This document shows, piece after piece, positions 27,522 through 37,876 of a stretch of DNA of 56,217 bases; position 1 is the stretch's first letter, and every line of letters starts with the position of its first letter. Where the stretch lies: assembly GCA_964541255.1 (NCBI GenBank), contig CAZIPL010000006.1, positions 1 through 56,217 on the forward strand. Direction: 5' to 3'. A program made the translations under genes and the position numbers. A model generated the notes under the pieces. That model searched no databases. It was not told the DNA's origin and saw only the letters and a list, made by a program, of their open reading frames with translations. Origin of the DNA: an uncultured Clostridia bacterium (GTDB lineage: Bacteria; Bacillota; Clostridia; Christensenellales; CAMQZB01).

Positions 27522-30500
27522 CTGACAACCTCTACGGAAAGGGTTACGTTTTCGCCGTTGATGTCCCAGCTTGCTTCGTAGCCCGAAAGGGTGTTTGCTA
27601 CTTCAAGAGCCAAAACGTCTCTTTGAATGCTTGCTTTTTCGTTTTCTATGATAGCGGAAAGCTTTTCGCTTGCGTTATAACCTACTCTGATTCTGTCTAC
27701 AACCTCGAAGCCTGCGTCCTTTCTCATTGTCTGAATCTTGGAAACAAGCTCTCTTACCATACCCTCGGCAATAAGCTCGTCCGAAAGCGCGGTGTCGAGA
27801 ACGACCGTAAGTCCGTTGTCGGAAGCTGCTACAAAACCCTCTTTGTTTCTTGTCGTAACGACCAAGTCTTCTTCGGAAACTTCTACGTCCGTTCCGTTGA
27901 CGTTGAAGGCGTATTTATTTCCGCCGCGAACGATTTCAACTATCTCGTCGGCGTTTTGAACGTTCATCAAATATTCCTTAATTGCGTTCATATTCTTTCC
28001 GTAAATCTTACCCAAAGTCTTGAAGTTGGGTTTAATTTCATAGGAAATAAACTCGCTTGCGTTATCGAACGGCAATACCTCGTGAACGTTGAGCTCTTCC
28101 TCAATGACGTTCTTCATATCGTCGTTTATCGCGGTCTTTCTTCCGCCGTAATACATCTTCGAAAGGGGTTGTCTGTTCTTGATGTTGGCGTTTGCTCTCG
28201 AGGATCTTCCCAAGATTACTATTTCCATAGCAATTTCCATCTGCTCTTCCAAGGACTCGTCGATGAGAGCCTCGTTTGCGACAGGATAGCTCGAAAGGTG
28301 AACGGAAGTCGGAGCGTCCTTTTCGACACTTCTTACCAAGTTCTGATAGATGCTTTCCGTTATGAACGGCGTGAAAGGCGCAGCGACAAGGCAAAGATTT
28401 TTGAGGACGTAATAAAGCGTATAGAATGCCGCCGTCTTATCGTCGCCCATTCCCTTACCCCAGAAGCGTTCGCGAGAACGTCTTACGTACCAATTTGAAA
28501 GCTCGTCGGTAAATTCCGTTATCGCGCGTCCCGCGTCGGTGATGTTATATACGTTAAGCAGCTCCGTTACTTTCTTTATCAAAGAATTGAGCTTGCTTAT
28601 TATCCACTTGTCCATCAAGGTAAGATTTACCTTTTCAAGGGCGTATTTCGTCGGGTCGAATTCGTCGATGTTTGCGTACAAAATGTAGAACGCATAAGTG
28701 TTCCAAAGCGTTCCCATGAACTTTCTCTGAGATTCGGCAACGGCGTCGTGAGAATATCTCGACGGAAGCCAAGGAGCGGACGACGTGTAGAAATACCATC
28801 TTACAGCATCTGCACCGACTGTGTGAAGCGCCTCGTCGGGAGAAACTACGTTGCCTTTATGCTTACTCATCTTGATTCCGTTCTTGTCGTTGACGTGCCC
28901 CATAACGATACAGTTCTTGAACGGAGCCTTATTGAACAAAAGCGTTGAAATGGAAAGAAGCGTATAGAACCAGCCTCTCGTCTGATCGACGGCTTCGGAA
29001 ATGAAGTCTGCGGGGAATCTGCTTTCGAAAAGCTCTTTGTTCTCGAACGGATAGTGGAACTGCGCGAAAGGCATCGAACCGCTGTCGAACCAGCAGTCGG
29101 CAACCTCGGGAACTCTCGACATCGTTCCGCCGCACTCGGGGCATTTGAACGTCACTTGATCGACATACGGGCGGTGAAGCTCTATGTCTCCCTCGATGTT
29201 TCCTAATTCTTTAAGCTCGGCTTTCGACGAAACTACGTGAATGTGTCCGCAATCGGGGCATTTCCAGATAGGAAGCGGAGTCCCCCAATATCTTTCTCTC
29301 GATACGCCCCAGTCGATGACGTTCTCGAGGAAGTTACCCATTCTGCCCTCGCCTATCGACTTAGGAATCCAGTTTATCGAATTGTTATTCTTGATAAGGT
29401 CGTCTTTGACGTCCGTCATCTTGATGAACCAAGAATTTCTTGCGTAATAGATAAGCGGAGTGTCGCAACGCCAGCAGTGAGGATAGTTATGCTCGTGCAT
29501 AACTTCCTTAAAGAGCAATCCTCTTTCTTTGAGCTCGTTGATTATAGGCCTGTCCGCTTTCTTAGCGTCCATTCCTTCGTATTCGCCCGTACCCTCGACA
29601 AACTTGCCGTTGGGACCGATAAGCTGAACGAAAGGAAGATCGTATTTTCTTCCGACCTTGCTGTCGTCTTCACCGAACGCGGGAGCGATATGAACGATTC
29701 CCGAGCCGTCGGTGAGCGTTACGTAATCGTCGTTGACGACAAAGTACGCTTTCTTTTTGGGGTTGGCGTAATTAAAGAGCGGCTCGTATTCGGTATATTC
29801 GTAATCTTTTCCAAGCTTCGTATCTACCTTTTCGTAGGTTCCCTCTTCAAAAAGGGAGGCAATCAACGCGTCGGCGAGAATGAAGTATTCTCCGTCAACC
29901 TTGATTTTCGAATACTCCTCCGTCGGGTTCATACAAAGCGCGACGTTCGACGGGAGCGTCCAAGGAGTCGTCGTCCAAGCGAGGAAGTATGTATTCTCCT
30001 CGTTCTTGACGGCAAACTTAACGAATATTGACGCTTCTTTGACCATCTTATAGCCCTGAGCCACTTCGTGAGAAGCGAGCGCCGTTCCGCAACGGGGGCA
30101 ATAAGGAACTACTTTGTAGCCGTTATATAAAAGACCTTTCTTGTAAATCTCGGAAAAAGCCCACCAAACGGACTCGATGTAGTTATCGTCATATGTGATA
30201 TACGGGTTTTCCATATCCGCCCAGAAGCCTACTTCGTCGGACATTTTCTCCCACTCGCCTTTATATTTCCATACGGACTCTTTGCACTTTTTGATGAACG
30301 GCTCGATTCCATATTTCTCTATGTCTTTCTTTCCGTCCATGCCGAGGAGCTTTTCTACCTCAAGCTCAACAGGAAGTCCGTGAGTATCCCAGCCTGCTTT
30401 TCTCTGGACGTTATATCCCTGCATTACCTTGAAGCGAGGGATAATATCCTTTATCGAACGAGTAAGCACATGACCGATGTGCGGCTTTCCGTTCGCCGTA

Positions 30501-30646
30501 GGAGGGCCGTCGTAAAAGGTGAACGTCTCGGATTTTTTGTTGCATTCCTCGACGGTCTGTTCGAATATCTTGTTCTCTTTCCAAAATTTCAGAACTTCAG
30601 CTTCGTTCTCGACAAAGTTAAGTCCCGTCTCAACTTTCTTATACAT
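27518..30646 (-). CDS. ileS: Isoleucine--tRNA ligase, type 2 (eukaryote/archaea-like IleRS2)
   Basis: FYDGPPTANGKPHIGH, GWDTHGLPVE, WTTTPWTLPSN, DQTRGWFY, KMSKH; IleRS2-type C-terminus (EG..RELV..IQ..RK..G.EV.DRI) without zinc finger. Start ATG 30646 with AAAGGAG. Confidence 0.96.
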   Translation of the reverse strand: MYKKVETGLNFVENEAEVLKFWKENKIFEQTVEECNKKSETFTFYDGPPTANGKPHIGHVLTRSIKDIIPRFKVMQGYNVQRKAGWDTHGLPVELEVEKLLGMDGKKDIEKYGIEPFIKKCKESVWKYKGEWEKMSDEVGFWADMENPYITYDDNYIESVWWAFSEIYKKGLLYNGYKVVPYCPRCGTALASHEVAQGYKMVKEASIFVKFAVKNEENTYFLAWTTTPWTLPSNVALCMNPTEEYSKIKVDGEYFILADALIASLFEEGTYEKVDTKLGKDYEYTEYEPLFNYANPKKKAYFVVNDDYVTLTDGSGIVHIAPAFGEDDSKVGRKYDLPFVQLIGPNGKFVEGTGEYEGMDAKKADRPIINELKERGLLFKEVMHEHNYPHCWRCDTPLIYYARNSWFIKMTDVKDDLIKNNNSINWIPKSIGEGRMGNFLENVIDWGVSRERYWGTPLPIWKCPDCGHIHVVSSKAELKELGNIEGDIELHRPYVDQVTFKCPECGGTMSRVPEVADCWFDSGSMPFAQFHYPFENKELFESRFPADFISEAVDQTRGWFYTLLSISTLLFNKAPFKNCIVMGHVNDKNGIKMSKHKGNVVSPDEALHTVGADAVRWYFYTSSAPWLPSRYSHDAVAESQRKFMGTLWNTYAFYILYANIDEFDPTKYALEKVNLTLMDKWIISKLNSLIKKVTELLNVYNITDAGRAITEFTDELSNWYVRRSRERFWGKGMGDDKTAAFYTLYYVLKNLCLVAAPFTPFITESIYQNLVRSVEKDAPTSVHLSSYPVANEALIDESLEEQMEIAMEIVILGRSSRANANIKNRQPLSKMYYGGRKTAINDDMKNVIEEELNVHEVLPFDNASEFISYEIKPNFKTLGKIYGKNMNAIKEYLMNVQNADEIVEIVRGGNKYAFNVNGTDVEVSEEDLVVTTRNKEGFVAASDNGLTVVLDTALSDELIAEGMVRELVSKIQTMRKDAGFEVVDRIRVGYNASEKLSAIIENEKASIQRDVLALEVANTLSGYEASWDINGENVTLSVEVVR

Positions 30647-30975
30647 AAATGCTCCTTTAAGCATAATTCTGCATTATATTTTACTTAAAATATCTTAAAC
30701 CATTTACGGCAAAAAAGTCAATTGAAAGTATATCTTTTAAGCAACTTATTGTCTTTTCCTTTTCCCCTTTCATAAGCTTTTGAGATACTTTTTCCGAAAA
30801 CAGCAATCTTATCCGTTGGTAGTCTCACCCGATTGAGCCTCATTGGCGTCTTCTTTGCGTGATTTTCAAATCTTTGCTTATAGTAACTAATACTTGCGAG
30901 TTTAACTTTAGGTCTCAAATAGATCGGCTTAAAACTCAATTGCAAACTATCAATAAATATGGTTTTTATTTAATA

Positions 30976-31010
30976 AACAAAAATCTTCCGAAAATGCGTT
31001 TCGGAAGATC
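30976..31010 (-). terminator. Terminator after gltS-like gene
   Basis: ATCTTCCGAAA-cgcat-TTTCGGAAGAT-TTTTGTTT on the minus strand. Confidence 0.65.
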
Positions 31011-31051
31011 TGTGATTTGTTTGTTTTTTATTATTTATTTGCAATACATTC

Positions 31052-32425
31052 TTAGTCTTTTGATTTTTTCTTGAAAATCTTATTTCTGAAAAGAACAACC
31101 ATACAAACAACCAAAGCAAGCGCACCCAAACCGAATGCCAAATAAGGCTTATCGGGAGCGATTCCCACAAGAAGCAACACGGGGAAACCGAACACAACCG
31201 CCGTCGTCGTTCCTACGACAAGACAATCCGAAGCAGGAGTTTCGAACTCGGGATCTACCTCGCGAAGAAGTATCATTCCCGTCGAAAGCGTTCCCGTAAG
31301 CATTCCGTAAAAAGCAAGGAATGCTTCGTCGGAATAGTCGGGATATACGTTTTTGCAAATGAAATAATCGAAGAAGAAGGTTGCGAAAGCTCCTACGACC
31401 GTGATTACAATAAGGGGCAACAAGAGGTTTTCGAGCGCATATACGTCGATAGCCATGATAGAGCCAACGATCATAAAGTCAAAAGCCACTCCCGAAATTC
31501 TGTTGAGCATATAGTTATTCGGATATTGACGCTTCATAAAGCCAATCTTTTTCATACCTTTCATAACGGCGTTTGTTACTATCGCCATCAAGGATCCGAA
31601 CAAGAAGTTGAAACCCCAGATTAAAGGCTTTACGGTGTTTATTATGAAGTCGCCGCCGATGAACGTTTCCAAAACGTAAGACAGCCCGTACATTGCTCCG
31701 TACGTAGCAAGGCACGTTATCATAACAAGCGCGATTTGTATCGTGAATTTATCTATCGACGACGAAACGGGAATCTCCCCTACGTCCTCGATATCGGCAC
31801 TCGTCATCGTTCTTTCGACGCAATCGGCATTCAATTCACGCCTTGTGATCTTGCCCTTTTTCGCCATTATGTTTATATAAATGACTCCCAAAATGCAAGC
31901 CCAAACAAAGCCGAGCGACGCAATCGAAAGACCGAAAGCCTGTCCGCCGACAAAGCCTTTTGCTTCGTACTGAATTCCGATGTTGTTTGCCTGTCCCGGC
32001 CCTTGCCCGTATCCCATGGGGAGCAAGAAGCCGGCAGCAGGGAATTCTTTCAAGAAAATGAACATCAAAGCCATTCCCAAAACGCCTTGCATGACGTAGT
32101 TTGCTACGATTACTATTCCCGAATCGAACGGTTTTGCGCTCTTTTTTGCTTCTTCGCCCTTTTTGACTTTAAGCCCCAATGCGACAAAGCCTATCATCAA
32201 GGTCTGATAAGTCAAAGTGTTCAAAAAATCCGCCGTCATAAAGCTGTCGGTAAGCCCCGTAAGCTTTACGGCAAGCGCAAGAAAGCCCGCAACTACCGAA
32301 ATCGGAAGAAGGCTCTTTTTCATGAAAGGAACCTTTCTCACCAAAGTATTCGAAATCAAAATGATGAGCGAAATAAATCCGAATTGCAATATTACGCTCC
32401 AAACTTCACTGTCCCAAAAATTCAT
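31052..32425 (-). CDS. gltS: Sodium/glutamate symporter (GltS/ESS family)
   Basis: About 12 TMs, PMGYGQGPGQA, YGMLTGT.STG..LLREVDP. Confidence 0.75.
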   Translation of the reverse strand: MNFWDSEVWSVILQFGFISLIILISNTLVRKVPFMKKSLLPISVVAGFLALAVKLTGLTDSFMTADFLNTLTYQTLMIGFVALGLKVKKGEEAKKSAKPFDSGIVIVANYVMQGVLGMALMFIFLKEFPAAGFLLPMGYGQGPGQANNIGIQYEAKGFVGGQAFGLSIASLGFVWACILGVIYINIMAKKGKITRRELNADCVERTMTSADIEDVGEIPVSSSIDKFTIQIALVMITCLATYGAMYGLSYVLETFIGGDFIINTVKPLIWGFNFLFGSLMAIVTNAVMKGMKKIGFMKRQYPNNYMLNRISGVAFDFMIVGSIMAIDVYALENLLLPLIVITVVGAFATFFFDYFICKNVYPDYSDEAFLAFYGMLTGTLSTGMILLREVDPEFETPASDCLVVGTTTAVVFGFPVLLLVGIAPDKPYLAFGLGALALVVCMVVLFRNKIFKKKSKD

Positions 32426-33650
32426 TCGTCTTACCCTCCGCGCGGTTTTTATTCATATAATAAAGCGTTACGTACGAAAGCGCCGAAACGTTCTTTCTCA
32501 TCGTTATGACGTAATCGCCGTTTTTGGTATATATCTGCATTTTGCCCATGGTCTGCGGCGTCATCGCCACTATATCGTCAAGCGTGAACACGAGCTTTTC
32601 ACCCTTTTTGCTTATCGCCTCGACGCGATCGGAATACATACGGAACGTGCCGTCGAAAATTTTCACTCTCTTTTTTGCGCGCTCGTCTTTATATATCGTC
32701 ATATCAAACGACTTGAAAGGCTCGTCGATTTTCCCGAAATACATCTCGTTTTCTTCGATATATTTATTTTGCCATTCGTGCCATTTTTGAACGTTTCCAA
32801 ACGGCATATCCTTATCGTTTGACTTTAGCTCGCCGTTTTCTAAGTATTCGACTTTAAGTCCGCAATTATCGCACTTGAAAAAGTTCCCTTTCGAACTTAT
32901 CGTATGAAGCTTTTTACACTTAGGGCACAAATACAAAACGTTTTCGATATACTCCGCCTTGCGGCTGCCTTTATATTTGACGGTAAGCTCTTTTCCCTCT
33001 TTGAACGCATTGACTTGAAGGTTATCCTTAATAATCTCGTAAATCTCGCTCGGAGACATATCTTTATAGTCGTCATAAGTAAGGACGTTGACGATTTTAC
33101 CTTTCATAACCCCTCTTCTCGGCTTCATTGCCCAGCGCGGTTTCGAAAGATAACCGCCGTCGAGATTATATAATACGACGGTCTTTTTCAATAGTTTCAC
33201 GAGCTTTCCTATTTGCTCGGGGATCGTTACGGTTTTTCCTATAAAGGTTCTGTTGCCCTCGGGGAACAACGCAACGTTTGCCCCTTCGTCAAGGTACGCT
33301 TTGATGTCGCGAACCGACTTAATATCGCTGACCCCTTTCGTTTTGGGAATGGGCGCGACCAAAAACTCTATTACTTTCGAAGCAAAGCCCAAATTGAAAA
33401 GCTGATCGCTCGCAACGAAAAAGAGAGGCTTTTTGAACGAAAGTGCGACAAAGAACGGATCCATGGTCGTCGCGTGATTTGATAGAACAATCAAGCCGTC
33501 TTCATTACCCGCGAATTTTTCGTAGCTGTAATTATACCTTAGCCTAAACCACAACGAAAAGACAGGTCTAAACAAAGCATATATCACCGTATGCCTCAAT
33601 TTTGTTTTTCTCTTTTTTGTCGATTTGTTTACGCTTTTTACGTTTTCCAT
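32406..33650 (-). CDS. Lysophospholipid acyltransferase (PlsC family) with C-terminal Cys4 zinc-ribbon extension
   Basis: SNHATTMDP (HX4D), LFPEGNR; CPKC...CDNC. Confidence 0.85.
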   Translation of the reverse strand: MENVKSVNKSTKKRKTKLRHTVIYALFRPVFSLWFRLRYNYSYEKFAGNEDGLIVLSNHATTMDPFFVALSFKKPLFFVASDQLFNLGFASKVIEFLVAPIPKTKGVSDIKSVRDIKAYLDEGANVALFPEGNRTFIGKTVTIPEQIGKLVKLLKKTVVLYNLDGGYLSKPRWAMKPRRGVMKGKIVNVLTYDDYKDMSPSEIYEIIKDNLQVNAFKEGKELTVKYKGSRKAEYIENVLYLCPKCKKLHTISSKGNFFKCDNCGLKVEYLENGELKSNDKDMPFGNVQKWHEWQNKYIEENEMYFGKIDEPFKSFDMTIYKDERAKKRVKIFDGTFRMYSDRVEAISKKGEKLVFTLDDIVAMTPQTMGKMQIYTKNGDYVITMRKNVSALSYVTLYYMNKNRAEGKTNEFLGQ

Positions 33651-33895
33651 AATTTATTTTTCGCTCGTCAAACCAAAAATTCGATTCTTTTTTATCTTTT
33701 TACCGAAATTGACAATCATTCGGTTTTTATTCATTAAAAAAGATTTCACATATCTGACGATTCAGTACAATTTTACACTCCTAAAAGCAGTTAGTCAAAT
33801 AAATTGTGAAAAAGAATGCCATAACGAACGCATTTTCTCTTTTAGTATACAATAATTTTCTTTACTTTTTTTTCGTTTCCGTATATAATATAATG

Positions 33896-34158
33896 GCGCT
33901 AAACGGGGAGTTAGCGGTGCCCTGAACTTGCAATCCGCTATAGCAAGGTTGAATACCCCGTGAGGCTCGTTCTATTGAAGGCAGACATTTGCACGGAGCG
34001 TTGATTTCAAGGTCTTATGCAACGGCGTGCCGCGAACCGTGTCAGGACAGGAATGTAGCAGCACTAAACGGATTTTGCCGTGTGCCATAAGGTTGCTTTG
34101 TAGGAGTCACCGACATCTGCACCGCTTCGGTAGAGCGTTGTCGAGCGGGGTTGCGCGT
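33896..34158 (+). ncRNA. ffs: Large signal recognition particle RNA (scRNA)
   Basis: 5' Alu domain GGGGAGTTAGCGGTGCCCTG...GCAATCCGCTATAGCAAGG; helix 8 GTGTCAGG-ACA-GGAA-TGT-AGCAGCAC; closing ACCCCG/CGGGGT pairing; TATAAT upstream. Ends approximate. Confidence 0.92.
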
Positions 34159-34426
34159 TTTTTGCTTTTAACCTTTATAGGTTTATATATGGCGTAGGAA
34201 AAAGCCCTGAAAAGCATCGATTTTTCGATTGTGATTTGCGTATCGCTTTGTTTTGTAAAGCAGCACGCTTCTGTTTCGTCGTCTTTTTCCAAAGCAAAAA
34301 GTATTTTTATTGCTGCCGAGGCTCGACAACGATGAAACTTTTTCAACAGGGCTTTTGCGGATTTGCAAAAGCCGTTTTTGATTCATAGGCGTTTTAAGGA
34401 AATTTCGGTAGAAAGGAGGTATCAAT

Positions 34427-35953
34427 TTGGGCAAAACACTTGTCATGAAACTGAAAGAGGCGATTGTTTCTGTATCGCCCGTATTTCTCATCGTGCTTAT
34501 CCTAAGTTTCACTCCCCTTGTCAATCTGACAAGCAAGGAGCTTTGGGTGTTCGTTTTTTCGACCGCGCTTCTTATCTTGGGAATAGCACTCTTCTCCCTC
34601 GGTTCGGACTTAGCGATGATGCCGATGGGCGATTATATCGGAGCAGGTCTTACTAAGTCGAAAAGCCCGTGGCTGCTTTTGGTCATTTGCTTCGTTATGG
34701 GTTTTTGCATCACCGTTGCTGAACCCGACCTTACCGTTCTTGCAAACCAAGTGGCTTCGAAAATCAATCCGACAAAGCTCATTATTTTCGTCGCGACGGG
34801 CGTAGGCTTGTTTCTACTTATCGCGGTGCTTAAAATAGTTCTCAAAAAGCCGCTCTTTTCGATGCTTTCGTTCTTCTATATGTGTCTTTTCGCTTTTGCG
34901 GCGATACTTATCGAAAAAGGAAACGACAGCTTCCTCGCGGTAGCATTCGACTCCGGCGGAGTTACGACAGGCCCTATTACGGTACCTTTCATTATGGCAC
35001 TCGGAATAGGTATCGCGACGACTATCGGCGGTAAGCACGTTAAGGAAAACTCCTTCGGTCTTATCGCGCTTTGCTCGGTAGGTCCTATTCTTGCGGTTCT
35101 TATTCTCGCTCTTCCTATGGAAGGCGCACTCGATTACTCTATCCCGAGCTACGCAATCGCAGACAACTTCTTCGGAAGCTTCTTCTCCTCCCTACTTTCC
35201 GTTATGAAAGAGGTGGCAATCGCGCTCGGACTTATCGTTTTGTTCTTTGCAATACTTCAAGCGATATTCTTAAAGCTTCCCAAAACCAAGCTTTATAAAA
35301 TAGCCGTAGGCGTTATCATAACGTTCTTCGGTCTCGTAATATTCTTGACAGCCGTATCCGTAGGCTTTATGCCGATAGGCTATAAGCTCGGCACGGAGCT
35401 TGCTTCGAAGAGCCCCGTTGTCGTTACTATCGTGGGATTTGTTTTGGGGCTTGTCGTCGTTATGGCAGAACCTGCCGTTCAAGTACTCAACAAGCAAGTC
35501 GAAGACATCACCGACGGACTTGTCAAAAAGCGTTCCATGATGATAGCTTTGTCGTTAGGCGTAGGCGTTTCGCTTCTCCTTTCGATGATAAGAATAATCT
35601 ATGACTTCAGCATACTTTATTACCTTATCCCCGGCTACATAATCTCACTCGGGCTTTCGTTCTTCGTTCCGTCGCTATATACAGGTATCGCGTTCGACTC
35701 GGGCGGAGTCGCAAGCGGTCCGTTGACGTCGAGCTTTATTCTCCCCTTTGCTATCGGCGTATGCGTCGTTTTGCAGGGTGAAAGCAAAGTCTTGGCAGAC
35801 GCGTTCGGAATCGTAGCCATGGTTGCGATGACTCCGCTTATCGCTATTCAAACGTTAGGCTTTGAGGCTATTATGAGAAAGAAAGTATCGGACGCAATCG
35901 CAATGCAGAGAATCCTTTCTTCCGACGACGAACAGATTATCAACTTTATGTAA
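34427..35953 (+). CDS. Tandem DUF1538-domain membrane protein
   Basis: Two repeats each with MP.G..(I/L)G, AEP...VL..QV and AFDSGGV.(T/S)GP.T; TTG start with AAGGAGG. Confidence 0.88.
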   Translation: MGKTLVMKLKEAIVSVSPVFLIVLILSFTPLVNLTSKELWVFVFSTALLILGIALFSLGSDLAMMPMGDYIGAGLTKSKSPWLLLVICFVMGFCITVAEPDLTVLANQVASKINPTKLIIFVATGVGLFLLIAVLKIVLKKPLFSMLSFFYMCLFAFAAILIEKGNDSFLAVAFDSGGVTTGPITVPFIMALGIGIATTIGGKHVKENSFGLIALCSVGPILAVLILALPMEGALDYSIPSYAIADNFFGSFFSSLLSVMKEVAIALGLIVLFFAILQAIFLKLPKTKLYKIAVGVIITFFGLVIFLTAVSVGFMPIGYKLGTELASKSPVVVTIVGFVLGLVVVMAEPAVQVLNKQVEDITDGLVKKRSMMIALSLGVGVSLLLSMIRIIYDFSILYYLIPGYIISLGLSFFVPSLYTGIAFDSGGVASGPLTSSFILPFAIGVCVVLQGESKVLADAFGIVAMVAMTPLIAIQTLGFEAIMRKKVSDAIAMQRILSSDDEQIINFM

Positions 35954-35965
35954 CGGGAGGTTATT

Positions 35966-36388
35966 ATGGCAGAAAAGAAATTAACAAAGCCTACCGCAAA
36001 ATTGGCAAAAAAAATCGAAGCCAAAAAAGCGGAAAATTCGGCAAAAACGCCACTCGCACCGCAAAAGCTTCTTCTTCTCGTTACCATAGTTTCGAGAAAC
36101 AAGGCGGATTTTTATATCGATCTCATCGAATCGTTCGAATGCAATCTGGAGCTTAACGTTTCGGCATTCGGTACGGCGCAAGCGGATGTGAAAAGTCTTC
36201 TCAACATAACGGACGACTCCAAAACGGTCATTCTTTCCGTTATCCGTCAAGACAAAGAAAGCGACGTTTTATATACGCTCGACAATAAATTCAAAACTGT
36301 CAGAGGGGGCAAAGGCATTGCTTTTACAGTCCCTATGACAAGCACTATCGGGGTTGCGCTTTATCGCTTCCTTTCAAACAACAAGTAA
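35966..36388 (+). CDS. PII-like protein with Lys-rich N-terminal extension
   Basis: LLVTIV.R.K, GTA, GKGIAFTVP; adjacent to DUF1538. Confidence 0.75.
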   Translation: MAEKKLTKPTAKLAKKIEAKKAENSAKTPLAPQKLLLLVTIVSRNKADFYIDLIESFECNLELNVSAFGTAQADVKSLLNITDDSKTVILSVIRQDKESDVLYTLDNKFKTVRGGKGIAFTVPMTSTIGVALYRFLSNNK

Positions 36389-36403
36389 TCAAGGAGATCA
36401 ATT

Positions 36404-36715
36404 ATGGATAATAAATATGAAGCAATTTTGTGTATCGTAAACTCCGGCTTTTCCGAGGACGTTATGGAAGCGGCAAGAACCGCAGGCGCAAGAGGCGGTA
36501 CGGTTATTCACGGAAGAGGTACGGCAAGCGCGGAAGCAGAAAAGATGTTCGGAATTTCCATTCAACCGGAAAAGGAAATTGTCATCATTCTCGCTCAAGC
36601 TAACGTTCGCGACGAGATTCTTCACGCGATCTATCAAAAAGTAGGTCTTAATTCCCCCGGTCAAGGCATCGCTTTCACTCTCCCCGTTTCGAGCGTTGCG
36701 GGACTTAGCGAATAA
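36404..36715 (+). CDS. PII-family protein
   Basis: IVNSG....VMEAAR.AGARGGTVIHGRGT, PEKEIV, GQGIAFTLPV. Confidence 0.88.
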   Translation: MDNKYEAILCIVNSGFSEDVMEAARTAGARGGTVIHGRGTASAEAEKMFGISIQPEKEIVIILAQANVRDEILHAIYQKVGLNSPGQGIAFTLPVSSVAGLSE

Positions 36716-36752
36716 TAATTCGAATTAAACACAAAAGTTTAGAAAACTACGG

Positions 36753-36784
36753 AAAAGAGTTTGGTTTTTGCCAAGCTCTTTTTT
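36753..36784 (+). terminator. Terminator after PII genes
   Basis: AAAAGAGTTTGG-ttttg-CCAAGCTCTTTTT. Confidence 0.55.
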
Positions 36785-37141
36785 GATGTCGCAAAATTAT
36801 TCGCGTCGATTTATTTGCATAAAAGCGTTCACGCTTTTAATATTCATCGTAATGTGTTTTTTCTTTTTGCATATTTCTTTTTTGCCATCAAAAATCTCTC
36901 ACATCGAAAAGCGTTTCTTAATAAAATGGACTATATCCGTAGGTTTTTTATGACGGATATACGTCGAAAGTCCGAAGTTGAGATTAAAGGCGTATTTTTC
37001 AAAAAACACAATCGCTTCTAAGTCGTATTATTTTATTACAAAGCTTTGAAGTTTCATTAAAGCGTTGATTTGAAAATACTTGACCACACATTATTTCAAT
37101 AAACTGACTTTCAATATACAGCTGTTAAAGAGGTGTTGAAA

Positions 37142-37876
37142 ATGCTGTTGAGATTTTGCGATGTATCTTTTTTCTATCATTCGAAAAGCGGCGAAACGGA
37201 GGTTCTGAAAAACCTTAGTTTTTCAGTTGACGACGAAGAGCTTGTCGCCGTCGTAGGCCCGTCGGGGTGCGGAAAAACGACCGTACTATCCCTTATATCC
37301 GAGCTTTTCGTTCCGTCGAGCGGAGTTATCGAACGGGGCGATGATTGTTCAATCGGATATATGTTGCAGCGAGATTGTCTTTTGATGTGGCGTACCGTTA
37401 TGCAAAACGCCCTTCTCGGGCTTGAAATTCAAGGGATAAAAAACGAGGTTAACGTCAACTACGTAACGTCGCTTTTGAAAAAATACGACCTTTTTGAGTT
37501 CAAGGATAAGTATCCGTCGGAGCTTTCGGGCGGCATGCGGCAAAGGGTTGCGCTTATTCGGACGCTTGCCCTAAGACCAAAGCTTTTGCTTCTCGACGAG
37601 CCGACATCGTCGCTCGACTATCAAACGCGACTTAACCTTTCGAACGATCTTCACGCGATGATTAAAGGAGAACGAAAAGCCGCGGTTTTGGTGACTCACG
37701 ACATATCCGAAGCCATAAGCATGGCGGACAAAATAATCGTTTTATCCAAAAGACCGTCGCACAAAAAAGCGGAGCATGTCTTAAACTTTCCCAAAGAAAA
37801 AACGCCGCTTATGCGACGGGAGAGCGAAATGTTTCCTAAAATGTTCGAAACGATTTGGAAAGAGGTGGACTTATGA
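37142..37876 (+). CDS. NitT/TauT-family ABC ATP-binding protein (YtlC-like)
   Basis: GPSGCGKTT, YPSELSGGMRQRVAL, LLLDEP, VTHDISEA. ATG 37142 follows GAGGTG. Confidence 0.9.
   Translation: MLLRFCDVSFFYHSKSGETEVLKNLSFSVDDEELVAVVGPSGCGKTTVLSLISELFVPSSGVIERGDDCSIGYMLQRDCLLMWRTVMQNALLGLEIQGIKNEVNVNYVTSLLKKYDLFEFKDKYPSELSGGMRQRVALIRTLALRPKLLLLDEPTSSLDYQTRLNLSNDLHAMIKGERKAAVLVTHDISEAISMADKIIVLSKRPSHKKAEHVLNFPKEKTPLMRRESEMFPKMFETIWKEVDL

Noticed and set aside
27623-30031. Long antisense ORFs (291 and 264 aa) within ileS; similar ones opposite asd/dapA, sqvD-like, gltS and GH3 genes
   Set aside because: Shadow ORFs of conserved genes with no RBS or family motifs.
33896-34158. Possible novel structured RNA or riboswitch for the DUF1538 operon
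   Set aside because: Explained by the large SRP RNA (Alu domain plus helix 8). I found no c-di-AMP or other riboswitch motif in 34160-34426.
36716-37132. Long intergenic region with a hairpin (TATATCCGT...ACGGATATA) and short ORFs
   Set aside because: No RBS-supported ORF or recognisable RNA motif; insufficient evidence.
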